Assembly (NCBI RefSeq): GCF_006345805.1
Contig: NW_021826639.1
Location: 1 to 12,276, forward strand
DNA length: 12,276 nucleotides
Direction: 5' to 3'
Source: Octopus sinensis
Lineage: Eukaryota
The position numbers and the translations under genes were made by a program. The notes below the pieces were generated by a model that saw only the letters and a program-made list of their open reading frames with translations, was not told where the DNA came from and searched no databases. Each line of letters begins with the position of its first letter. Position 1 is the first letter of the stretch. This document shows, in pieces, positions 1-9,003 of this stretch.

Positions 1-400
1 TTGAGCATGATCCTATGATCCCAGAAATTGAAAACAGAGAGTTGCTTATTTGCAAAAAAAAAAAAAGAAAAAAGAAATATAACATGTGACTCCATTGACC
101 GAGGTTACCGTGGTCTTTTCCGTAGGCTTTTCTTTCCACGGGTAAACCTCACCTGTCCTCCCCTTTACACTTCATATTGACATTTCTGTGATAACGATCC
201 GTATTGATCAAAAAAAAATTTTTTTTTTCCTCTCCCCCTTTTTTTTAACCCCCCTTTTTTTGTCCTCTTTCTCTCCTTTTACGATCCCTTTTGATCGAAA
301 CTCCCCCTTCCTTTTCTTTTTTTTTTTAAACCTTCAAAAGAAAAGCTCTACCTTGTAATTTGTTCTATCTGTGTGCAGCCCTGTGTGGCTAATAAAGAAA
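1..400 (+). mobile_element. Probable 3' UTR/end of a non-LTR retrotransposon (L1/Tx1-like?), 5' part outside window
   Basis: Pyrimidine/T-run-rich tract with an imperfect hairpin (101-113/136-150) and two similar GATC-N6-GATC mini-hairpins (196-209, 282-297). Ends in AATAAA (391-396)+GAAA directly before a microsatellite. No coding sequence in the window, so the family is a guess. Confidence 0.35.
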
Positions 401-402
401 CA

Positions 403-420
403 TATCTATCTATCTATCTA

Positions 421-482
<62 letters not shown>
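403..482. repeat. Compound microsatellite (TATC)n-(TC)n-(TA)n
   Basis: Directly visible. Confidence 0.97.
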
Positions 483-483
<1 letters not shown>

Positions 484-573
484 TGGAGATGAATGGATTT
501 ATGGTTAGATCGTATGTGATCTTCTTCTAGCATATGGCTGTCCACATAGTGGTTTTTAGCCCTAAATATACAC

Positions 574-576
<3 letters not shown>

Positions 577-607
<31 letters not shown>
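577..607. repeat. (TA)n microsatellite
   Basis: Directly visible. Confidence 0.95.
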
Positions 608-611
<4 letters not shown>

Positions 612-672
612 CAATGATAGTTTTGATTGTTATTTTCATATTTGTGTATGTCTATGTCTCTATTTGTGCGTT

Positions 673-2565
673 ATCACCATCATCATCATCATCATCATCA
701 CCATCATTATCATCATTTAACATCCACTCACCATACTGGCATGTGTCGGCTGGTTTGACAGGAGATTATGAGTCGGTGAGCTGCCCCACGTTCCTGTCTG
801 ATTTGGCATGGTTTCTACAGTTCGATGTCCTTCCTAATGCTAACCACCCCAGGTGTGTAACTGGTGCTTTCAGATGCCACCGGCACGGGTGCCACTTGCA
901 TGACACCGACAATGGCCACGACTACGATTCACGGATGGTTGCCATTTAAATGGCACCACCAACGACGATAATTCCCAGGTGCCAATTTACATGGCACCAT
1001 CGGTGACCACAACTATGATACCCAGGTGTCATTGACATGGCACCGGAAGCGAACAGCCACGGCTATGATGCACGGCTGCCACTTATAGGACACTGGCACG
1101 ACCACATCCTTATCGTCACTTGGCCTGACATGTCCTCTCCCGCAGAGAATATCACCAGGGCTCTCGGTCACTTGTCATCTCCTCTATGATGTCCAACGGT
1201 TGGAGATCATTCTTCATCAACTCATCGAAAGTCTTCTTGGGTCTCCGTCTTCCAAAGGATCCTTCCACAGTTAGAGATCGGCACTTTTTGATACAGCTGC
1301 CCATGTCCATACACATCGCAAGACCATACCAACGCAGACGTCTCTCTTGCACACCCTATTTGATGTCTTCAATGCTCAGCTTTTCTCTCAAGACTCCTAT
1401 ACTCTGTCGTACATGCACACTGACATTTTACATCCAGCGAGGCCTACTGGCTTCATTTCTTTCAAGCCTATGGAAGTCCTCAGAGAGGTCACATCCCATG
1501 TTTCACTGACATGTAACATAGTTGTTTACACACAGGCATCATAACGTCTGCCTTTCAATCTCAGGGAGACGCTCTTTGTTACCATTAGAGTTAAGATTAC
1601 TCTGAACTTTGCATGTCTTATTCTTATTCTTGCAGCTACACTCAAGGAAGAACAAACCTCACTCCTGACTTGGCCACCTAGATAGCGGAAACTATCAACT
1701 CCCAGTAGCTTACCTACCTGGCAATTGATGGGCTCTATTTTCTCTACATTTGTGCTGTTTATTGTACTTGTGCACCTTCCACACAGAAAAACTATTATCC
1801 CCGTTAACCTTCCTCTGATATTGCTGCAACACTTATGTGTCCATACCTTACACTGGGCACTTCTTATGAACTTCCTACCTACGCTTTTTCTACAGATCAA
1901 ACAGTGCCATCTTCCTAAGGGGATTTGTGAATTGTCCGCTTTCCTACTTACTAAGATTGCTTTTTTTAGATGAAGTTTAAGGCTCGTTGATTCTAGTCCT
2001 AACTGATATACCTAAAATTTACCTAGTTCTGAAAGTTATTCGGCTATGATAACAAGGTCATCAGCATTGGGGATCTCCTAGAAGCGGTCATCTTAAATCC
2101 CTCTGTTATTGCCTGGAGGACTCTGATAAACAGGAAGGCGCTGAGGACTAATCCATGATGAACCCCTACTTGTACCCTAATTGATTGCTACACACGATGC
2201 CAAACCTCACCTTACTGACAGCATCCCTGTACATGACTTGTAACGCTCTCACCAACCATTCGTCCATCCCTAGCTTTTGCAGTGACCAGCAAATAAGGGA
2301 TCGAGGAATCCTGTCAAAGCCTTTCTCCGTGTTTAACAAAGGCCCAGTACAAGAGTTTATCTTTGGCTTTGTACTTCTCCTGCAGCTGCCTTACCAGGAA
2401 TATAGCATCAGAGGTTCTTCACTGTGGCACAAAACCAAATTGCATCTCTTCTAGTCTAACACACATCCTAATTATTTTGTCTGTGACCCTCTCAGTAATT
2501 TTCATTGCTTCATCTAATAGTTTGATACTTCTGTAATTCTTCCCGTCCAAGGCATCATCTTCCCT
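673..2565 (-). mobile_element. Decayed, 5'-truncated RTE-clade LINE (RT C-terminal part, 3'UTR, (GAT)n tail)
   Basis: Minus-strand fragments in RT order: NYRSIKLL..MQFGF (~2430-2540), FDRIPRSLICWSLQKLG, GVHHGLVLSAFLF (~2125-2168), degenerate xADD (2057-2068), VDSFRYLG, and the C-terminal RLRWYG...GRRRPKKT...DREPW (1152-1352). (CAT)n at 673-716 is the short-repeat tail typical of RTE. Contains stops and frameshifts. Confidence 0.9.
863..1094. repeat. Array of 5-6 imperfect palindromes GGTGCCA-N6/7-TGGCACC (~41-49 bp period) in the RTE 3'UTR
   Basis: Units at 863-881 (degenerate), 888-907, 937-957, 978-998, 1025-1044, 1074-1094. Spacers share CCACRRCTAYGAT (916-928, 1007-1019, 1057-1069). Confidence 0.8.
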
Positions 2566-2568
2566 GTA

Positions 2569-2600
2569 TGTGTGTGTGTGTGTGAGTGTGTGTGCGTGTG
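2569..2600. repeat. Interrupted (TG)n microsatellite at the RTE 5' truncation point
   Basis: Directly visible. Confidence 0.9.
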
Positions 2601-2750
2601 TATGTATTTGTAATTATTTGGAATTTGGGTATACATTTAGAAGTATACCCCTTAAAGCTCTTTCGCTGATTCGGTTACCTCATGTCATCCACAGTTGAGC
2701 TATAAGTGACACTGGATCTACCTCATGTATTCTGCAGTGTTCGTTCAGTT

Positions 2751-3209
2751 TATAATGAATGAGGGAAGCAGAAAATGGAGTTAATGAGAATTTTTATTCA
2801 TCGCAACGATTGTTTCAATCCATCTTGTATCGGTCCCTTGCAGGTAGGATATTGTATAACTGGTTGTGGTACATCCTCCGGGGCAGATGCATGTCATCGG
2901 GTGTCTTTCTTTTAAAGAAGATACCTCTGTAAATATATTCGGTTTCGCTTGGAATGTTGTTGTTGCCAGGAGGCTGTTGTCTCTCATGTTGTAATCCAAG
3001 AAGCTCCTAGCAACAACATGTCAAGTGAAACTGAATATATTTAGTGAGGTATCTTTACATCAAAACAAGGCACCCGATGAGATGCATCTGCACTGGAGGA
3101 TGCAACACAACATGTATAGTAGCCCACCCGCAAGCGACCGTTGCAAGATGGGTCGAAACGGTCGTTGTGATGCATATTCTCGTGAACTCCGTTTCCCCAA
3201 TTCATTATA
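2751..3209. repeat. Diverged inverted repeat (arms ~2751-2975 and ~3002-3209, ~26-bp spacer)
   Basis: The reverse complement of the left arm aligns colinearly with the right arm (e.g. GAATATATTTA..GAGGTATCTT, CACCCGATGA.ATGCATCTGC, CAAGATGG, GAAAC, ATTCATTATA). ORFs 2781-2999(-) and 3044-3226(+) translate to similar peptides for this reason. Confidence 0.85.
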
Positions 3210-3639
3210 TGTATTTATATATGTAACACTGATGTTTATGTGTGTGTGCCTGCGTGCACATTAGTTTTATGCATGTGGACGCTAACCGGCTCAGCAGTTT
3301 TATGAACCCCTTATTAATGTAGCAACGTCAAAAGTAAACATTAGAAATCATAATTCTTCTTTACTTGACTTGATCTGCTAATCATGTGTTTACTCTAGTT
3401 CTGTTGCCCTACAACTTACTATAGTGAGGGGCAAATGTAGGACATCTTAATATGCTTATCATGTCTCTAACACACACATGTATCAGGTTATAGAAGGTCC
3501 TTATGGAAGATTTATTTCACTGACAAACATCAAATGTATTTGATCAGTTTGATCTAGTACCCAGTAGAAAACTATAATGACATTGATATCAACCTGATTT
3601 TCATGTAAATTTTCATTTTCCATTTTTACCTCCACAAAG

Positions 3640-3849
3640 GATTCGGTGAATTTAGAAATTGTGAACAAAGAATATAGGACACCATTGCTTGAAGCTGTTT
3701 CGAACGGTCACCTCGGAATAATTCAGAGGCTTATAGCCAGGGGTGCGAATGTAAATGCTCTCAACCATGGAGGAAATAATTGCCTGCACCTGGCGTTAGC
3801 AACCAAAGAATTTAATTCTGAGGTGGAGCACATGACCATGTTAGATCAG
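3640..3849 (+). CDS. Internal exon (70 codons, phase 0-0) of an ankyrin-repeat protein, possibly a mind-bomb (MIB)-like E3 ligase
   Basis: Polypyrimidine tract + AAG acceptor ending at 3639; donor CAG|GTAAGT at 3849/3850. Translation DSVNLEIVNKEYRTPLLEAVSNGHLGIIQRLIARGANVNALNHGGNNCLHLAL... has ankyrin TPLxxA-G-GANVN-GNxxLHLA motifs. The MIB-like assignment is inference. Confidence 0.9.
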
Positions 3850-3872
3850 GTAAGTTTTCACATTGTTTGTGA

Positions 3873-3875
<3 letters not shown>

Positions 3876-3957
<82 letters not shown>
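3876..3957. repeat. (TG)~41 microsatellite
   Basis: Directly visible; explains the poly-CV/poly-HT ORFs. Confidence 0.98.
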
Positions 3958-3958
<1 letters not shown>

Positions 3959-4417
3959 ATTTGTGCGTCTGTGTGTGTGTAAAATAGACAAACAGACAGA
4001 GAAAGACAGACAGAAACAGACATTGTTTGTATCGCAATTCTCACCTACCAACCCCATCCTCCATTACCATTTCCTGATCCAGTCACAATGGAAACCCTTA
4101 GTTATATTATTATGTAACAAACACTATTCTCTATTCCGTCCCCTTCCGTCCTCAAAGGCATGACCTCTCCATGGTAGAGAAGGTGATCCATCTCGAATGT
4201 TGGCCATACAAACACGGTCATCAAAATTTGAAGGAGAAATGATCTATTCAAGACAGGAGATATTATTCTGAATTAACAATGATACTGGGTAGAAGAGAGG
4301 TTCATATGATAGACAGTAACATTTATAGTGCTGGTGCCATGATAATAAATACATCTTGTCCATTCCATGAAGAATTCTGCCTGAAACAGCTCTCTGTCAC
4401 ATTTCTTTTATATAATA

Positions 4418-4772
4418 CTAGCAGCATAGCCCGGCATTGCCCGGGTATGTAAGAGCCCCTAGTAGGCAACGACTAATCCCAATCTAGTCCTTTCCCTCTA
4501 GGGAACGAAGGTGCGTGTGTAGGTTGCAATATCTTCTCTTCACTCGAATACTTCTGTGTATACGATGTTCCTAGCTGTCCCTTTGGGCGATAAAAAGGTC
4601 GAGTTGCGTCCTCTAGACAGAAGATGTGTTGCATATAAAAAGTTTAGATTCTCGACTCCATGTCGAATTTATCGATTTTTTTCAGAACTGGGGGAACTTT
4701 TCAAAATTTTCGCTGCGTTAGTTTTGAAATATGACATTGGGCTATTCCCATATGAATAAAGCTCACTACAGA
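4418..4772 (-). mobile_element. Non-autonomous Helitron-like element (3' end at 4418; 5' end uncertain)
   Basis: The minus strand reads CCCGGGCAATGCCGGG (hairpin, 4430-4445), 8 nt, then CTAG|T, matching the Helitron 3' hairpin + CTRR/T target pattern. A possible A|TC 5' end lies at 4772. Confidence 0.45.
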
Positions 4773-5001
4773 TGGCTGACTACTATTCAGGCAGTTGATG
4801 GTCATCTGTGTATTGTTGTAATGTCTACTTTGGTGAGAGGAACCTACTCTGGCAGCCAGCGACCTCCCCACCCACTGGAATAGTCCATCAGACTAACACT
4901 GAACAATTTATCAACCTGCGTTGGTGTTCTGCCTCAACTGTGACACCGATTCTTACTTCCCTTACTTCACTTTCTTCATAAAAAGATGTTTCCTTATTAA
5001 T

Positions 5002-5600
5002 TCATCATCATCATCATCATGATAATGTATCGACTGTTTTCAAAGCTGGCATGGGTTCGACGCTTTGACAGAAGCTGGTCAGCTGAAAAGCTACCTGGGC
5101 TCCATATCTCTTTACGCATGGTTTCGACAGTTGGACGTTCTCCCTAATGCCACCCAATTTACATAATGTACTGCGTGCTTTTCTGCAGCACCGACACGGA
5201 TATTTGTATGTGACACCAGCATGGGTGATTTTTCCGAAGCATCAGCACCCATGATCCCACAAGATTAGGATATCTCAGACGAAGAATGATACAGGGGTCA
5301 CGACAGTATGCAAGGACAACGACGACTTAGCTTGGCATATCATCTCAAGTACAGCAGACTGCCAAAAGTATCGCTCCCATTTCATCCCCTCTGTGAGGCC
5401 CAACGTCTGACGGTCCTTTCTCACCACATTATTGCACGTCTTTCTGGGTCTACCCCCTCCACACATTCCCTCCACAATGAGAGATCACCACTTCTTGATG
5501 AAGCTATCTTCATCCATATGCATCACATAACCATACCATGGTAGACTTCTCTCTTGCGCACAAAATCGATGCCTTATATACCCTGTTTTTCTCTCCAATC
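5002..5600 (-). mobile_element. Short 3' fragment of a second RTE-clade LINE related to 673-2565
   Basis: (CAT)n tail at 5002-5020. 3'UTR motifs shared with the first copy (CTGGCATG.G..CG, TTTGACAG, GGTTTC.ACAGTT.GA.GT..T.CCTAATGC). C-terminal peptide WYG...GRPRKT...W in 5275-5560. Confidence 0.85.
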
Positions 5601-5739
5601 CACTTAATTAAAGAAACATTATTGATCTGCGTGGATATGTCTATGTGGTGTTGATTTAGTTGTTATGTCTGAAGGCCTTGCTATGTTGTTGCTGTTCTCT
5701 TTTCTGGTATAACTTATATTATTTGTGGTGTTATTCATA

Positions 5740-6362
5740 TCTATAAGACAGTCCTTTGACGAAAATTTTATGCACATTTTGCTTTGGATGTTAATGGCAG
5801 CCAAACCGAGGCAAGGATACTAAATGCGTGGTGAGAATGAGACCCGCGATGGTTAAAATTCGCAAGCTATAAGATGTGGTTGCTATGGCAAAAAGAGTGA
5901 TTTTTTGATCCCTCTATAACGATGTCTCTCTGTCACTCTTTCTTGCACCACCTCTCTCACTGTACATCTGTCTGTATCTATAGACAGAAAGCGATGACAA
6001 CCGCAAAAGTTTAAATATTCTCGCCACAGGTCTTTTAGAACGGTGAATTAATATCGCTCACCTCCATCGCACAGTCATAACAGATATTATTAAACAGATA
6101 TATTGTGTTAATTTATATATATACTGTGTGCATATGTGGTTGGATTGTGCTAAAAATATGCACACCTATGTTAAAAGTGCTAGCGAGTTTGTATTGGAAC
6201 TTCGAATTTGCTCAATTGAAAGGCATGGACTCTAGGGCAAAATTCCTCATCTTTTAAAATGTGACCCGCTTAGACCCGAATGAAATCGGGTTATAATACC
6301 AAAACGATTAAAACAATAATAAACTATTTTAATTCCGAACAAGGCCGGGTATGTATGTCTAA
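5740..6362 (+). mobile_element. Candidate non-autonomous Helitron-like unit A
   Basis: Possible A|TCTATAAG 5' end at 5740. The 3' end CCGAACAAGGCCGGGTATGTATGT-CTAA (6335-6362) resembles the terminus at 4418-4445. Boundaries inferred from terminal motifs only. Confidence 0.35.
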
Positions 6363-6862
6363 TCTATCAAATGAAGAAGGCGAACGTTGATACAAATTGG
6401 ATTTTTATGTAAAAAGATGTGTAATTGGGCCTGGAAGGGGATTACAATTTAAAAGAGGGGGTAACTTGCAGTGAGAAATTGTTTGAGAGACTTTTGGGGC
6501 GCTACTGTGGTCGTTTTGGTGTGAAAATGAGGATTTTATTGATTTTGGGGGACAATTGGGGGTTTAGATTGGACACCTTTTGCCCGATTTCAATCAAATT
6601 TTCAACATGGTAAAGTAGAAGATTTGTAATTTAAGCACGGAAATCTAATTTTTTATAAATGGGAGATAGATAGATAGAGAAGGATAAAAAGCAAGAGAAT
6701 GTGAGGGAGAGTCCGAGATAAAGGAAGAGTAAGAGAGTGAGGAAGTGAGAGAGAAAGGAGAGAGGAACAAAGAGGGTGAATATGGCGATAAGAAACAAAG
6801 GAAGCAACAGAAAGTAACAATCACACCCTCACCCACGCGTAGAGCGGGTCACCTTAAGCTAG
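6363..6862 (+). mobile_element. Candidate non-autonomous Helitron-like unit B
   Basis: Starts A|TCTATC at 6363. Ends with the imperfect GC hairpin ACCCACGCGTAGAGCGGGT (6831-6849), 9 nt, then CTAG|T (6859-6863). GA-rich interior. Confidence 0.45.
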
Positions 6863-7282
6863 TACTTATATGTACAATACTCTTCCGTAAGTATTTCTCT
6901 TGCTATGGCCATTTGGCTCTATCAAACCAGTTGCAGAGATAGGTTCTTGTTGGTTTGTTGTCTTTCATTATTGAGACATTTCTTTCCTTATATTTTGTAT
7001 ATTTGACTTGATGTTATAATAACTTTATATTGTGTTTTTATTGAATAGTTTGTGACATTTGTGATTGGCAAGTAAATATTTACTCATTAAATATCATTGT
7101 TAAGCAATAACGTTAACCACTAATGTGTGTTTTGTTCAACATAATGATCATAATTTTTTTCTTAATGTAAAGTAAAAACAAATGATAATGAAAAGTGGAC
7201 TCAACTAAGAGATGATGTAAGAAATCAACGCTGTGTGAATAGTTTAATCACTGGGGAAACAAACTATGTGAAAATGTAGTTG

Positions 7283-7324
7283 AACTGTTGTGTAATTTGG
7301 GGCAACTGTTGTGTAATTTGGGGC
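7283..7324. repeat. Perfect 21-bp tandem duplication AACTGTTGTGTAATTTGGGGC x2
   Basis: Units 7283-7303 and 7304-7324. Confidence 0.95.
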
Positions 7325-7383
7325 ATCTTTAGTATATGTTTGTGTAATCTTTAACTCATCATTTTATATTTCATCATTTGTAG

Positions 7384-7562
7384 TTCTGCGAAGAGCTGAA
7401 ACTGGGAAACGAAGAAAGGTACTCTGGCGTGGTGGTTGCCAGTTACCTAGCCCACCACGGGGCCAACTTTTACTGTAAAAACAAAATTGGCAGAACACCA
7501 TTGGACCTAATAGAAAATGAAAATTTAAAAAAGACGTTAAATATGTTATTCCGACCAACGCC
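7384..7562 (+). CDS. Next exon (179 nt, phase 0-2) of the ankyrin-repeat gene; not in the ORF track
   Basis: T-rich tract + TAG acceptor (7381-7383); donor CC|GTAAGT (7563-7568). Open translation FCEELKLGNEERYSGVVVASYLAHHGANFYCKNKIGRTPLDLIENENLKKTLNMLFRPT has an ankyrin YL..HGA....N..G.TPLDL motif and is in phase with exon 3640-3849. Confidence 0.88.
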
Positions 7563-8010
7563 GTAAGTATTCACTGGCAATGACAAGATAAACCATTACA
7601 TTTTCTGTTTTGTATATAACCGTGTTTATATGTTTATATTGTTTTAATTCGACTGATACATTATACTGTCTTAGTGGCTTAAGGAAAGGTTACACAACAA
7701 CAGTAAGAAGAACAATAAACAATATGCAGTTGTTAAGCTAATTAAAGAAAGAACACTATTTTGATTACATTCAAATGATTGGTTGCGTTGACTGTTATAC
7801 CTCTCCTAAAATCCCAGCCAATCTCTCTCAGTTCCCTATTTTAAAGATTTGGGACCAATGAGAAAATGTAGAAGTAAATAGTGAAGTGATGGAATTTATC
7901 TCTCTACCAATAGATTGTTCCTCTGTCTTCTCTGTCCCACCCAGTCATGTCCATGTGAGCTATCCTGAGAAAATCACTACAAACACATACAATGAGTGTA
8001 CATACACGAA

Positions 8011-8110
8011 TACATACATACATACGTATTTATACATGCATACATAGATACATACATGGATACATACATACATACGTATTTATACATGCATACATAGATA
8101 CATACATGTA
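8011..8110. repeat. 50-bp tandem duplication of a TACA-rich simple repeat, followed by (TA)n
   Basis: 8011-8060 and 8061-8110 are identical except 8059 G vs 8109 T. Confidence 0.92.
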
Positions 8111-8118
8111 TATATATA

Positions 8119-8364
8119 AATTGTGAAGAAATATATGTAGGTCAGACGGGAAACGCACTATTAGAACGCTCACGTGTACACCGGCAACAGATTAGAGACC
8201 CAGAGGTCCGTCAGATACCTTTGAGTAACCACCTAGCAACATGTGGTCGGAAAATATATATAATATTTCCATTCTACAAATTACACAGCCCAAGTGAAAT
8301 CGAGAGGAAAATCAGAGAAAAGAATTTTATTGATAAATTCGAACCCAAGCTAAATAGGCAATAA
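8119..8364 (+). pseudogene. 5'-truncated GIY-YIG endonuclease C-terminal half (part of pseudo-LTR); not in ORF track
   Basis: Open frame NCEEIYVGQTGNALLERSRVHRQQIRDPEVRQIPLSNHLATCGRKIYIIFPFYKLHSPSEIERKIREKNFIDKFEPKLNRQ* has the YVG motif, conserved R, H..H, E and terminal LN. No start; the GIY motif is cut off by the microsatellite junction. Confidence 0.88.
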
Positions 8365-8685
8365 TAATAATAATAATACTTAGAGGTATTACTTCCACTG
8401 CTACGACCATGACCACTAACAACAACAACAATACTAAAGGTGATCAAGACGAAGATAGCAGGAAAATTATCTTATTTAGGGTTAAAAGTTCTATTGCCAT
8501 AACCATCACCACTAGCAACAATAATTAAGGTGCTGACAATGATGATGATGACAATTGAAATATAAAAATATAAAAATCTCTGACAAAGGATATTTACAAC
8601 ATTTCTAAAAATAACCCAACAATTGCTGCTTCGGCCAGGGTCAAGATACAGGACTCTTGACATGTCCAACAAAGCGTGATGCCTA

Positions 8686-8830
8686 AACCAATCAGCTCAA
8701 CCAACCAATCAGCTTAAGTAATTGAGTGATACTACACACTGATTGGTCAGAATACAGTTTGCAAAACCTAGCACTCTGGAGCCTACCCAGCTGTATTTAT
8801 AGCACAGAATCAATCATCTTGCTACAGTCA
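8686..8830 (+). promoter_or_regulatory. Putative pLTR Pol II promoter: three CCAAT boxes, TATA-like box, Inr-like site
   Basis: AACCAATCAGCT at 8686-8697 and 8703-8714; inverted CTGATTGGTC at 8739-8748; TATTTATA at 8794-8801; ACAGTC at 8824-8829, ~30 nt downstream of the TATA-like box. Confidence 0.55.
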
Positions 8831-8863
8831 AAAATTGTGAAGCATGACTGTCACACTACTACA

Positions 8864-8908
8864 TGAACCCGAAGATTGCAGAATTCAATGCATGAAAGTA
8901 CTAGTTCA
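8864..8908 (+). ncRNA. Minimal type-I hammerhead ribozyme (U4C core variant)
   Basis: Stem I TGAAC(8864-68)/GTTCA(8904-08); core CCGAAGA (8869-75); stem II TGCA(8877-80)/TGCA(8889-92) with a U-U at its base; GAAA (8894-97); palindromic GTAC (8898-8901); CUA cleavage triplet ending at 8903. Minimal HHRs are an established feature of PLE pLTRs. Confidence 0.8.
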
Positions 8909-8997
8909 ATCAGAATGAATATTTAACATTCTACTATTTCATTTTATTTTATTCAATTATAATATATTATCTTATAATATATCATTATAAGATTGTA

Positions 8998-9003
8998 AAT
9001 AAA
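8998..9003 (+). terminator. Putative polyadenylation signal AATAAA near the pLTR end
   Basis: AATAAA ~90 nt downstream of the hammerhead. The context is AT-rich, so chance occurrence is possible. Confidence 0.4.

Noticed and set aside
614-949. 111-aa ORF with hydrophobic N-terminus and poly-Ser
   Set aside because: Antisense read-through of the RTE (CAT)n tail and 3'UTR.
863-1094. CRISPR-like appearance (palindromic repeats with spacers)
   Set aside because: Eukaryotic context, degenerate repeats, spacers related to each other, no cas genes, and it lies inside a LINE 3'UTR.
2781-3226. Two similar Cys-containing peptides (CICxGGC) resembling paralogous small proteins
   Set aside because: The similarity follows from the DNA inverted repeat; indels between the arms do not consistently preserve frame and there is no splice or start support.
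3812-4163. Poly-HT and poly-CV ORFs, and extension of the ankyrin ORF to 3987
   Set aside because: These are translations of the (TG)n microsatellite; the real exon ends at the GTAAGT donor at 3850.
7283-7324. 21-bp tandem duplication near the splice acceptor as a regulatory element
   Set aside because: A two-copy local slippage with no evidence of function; listed only as a repeat.
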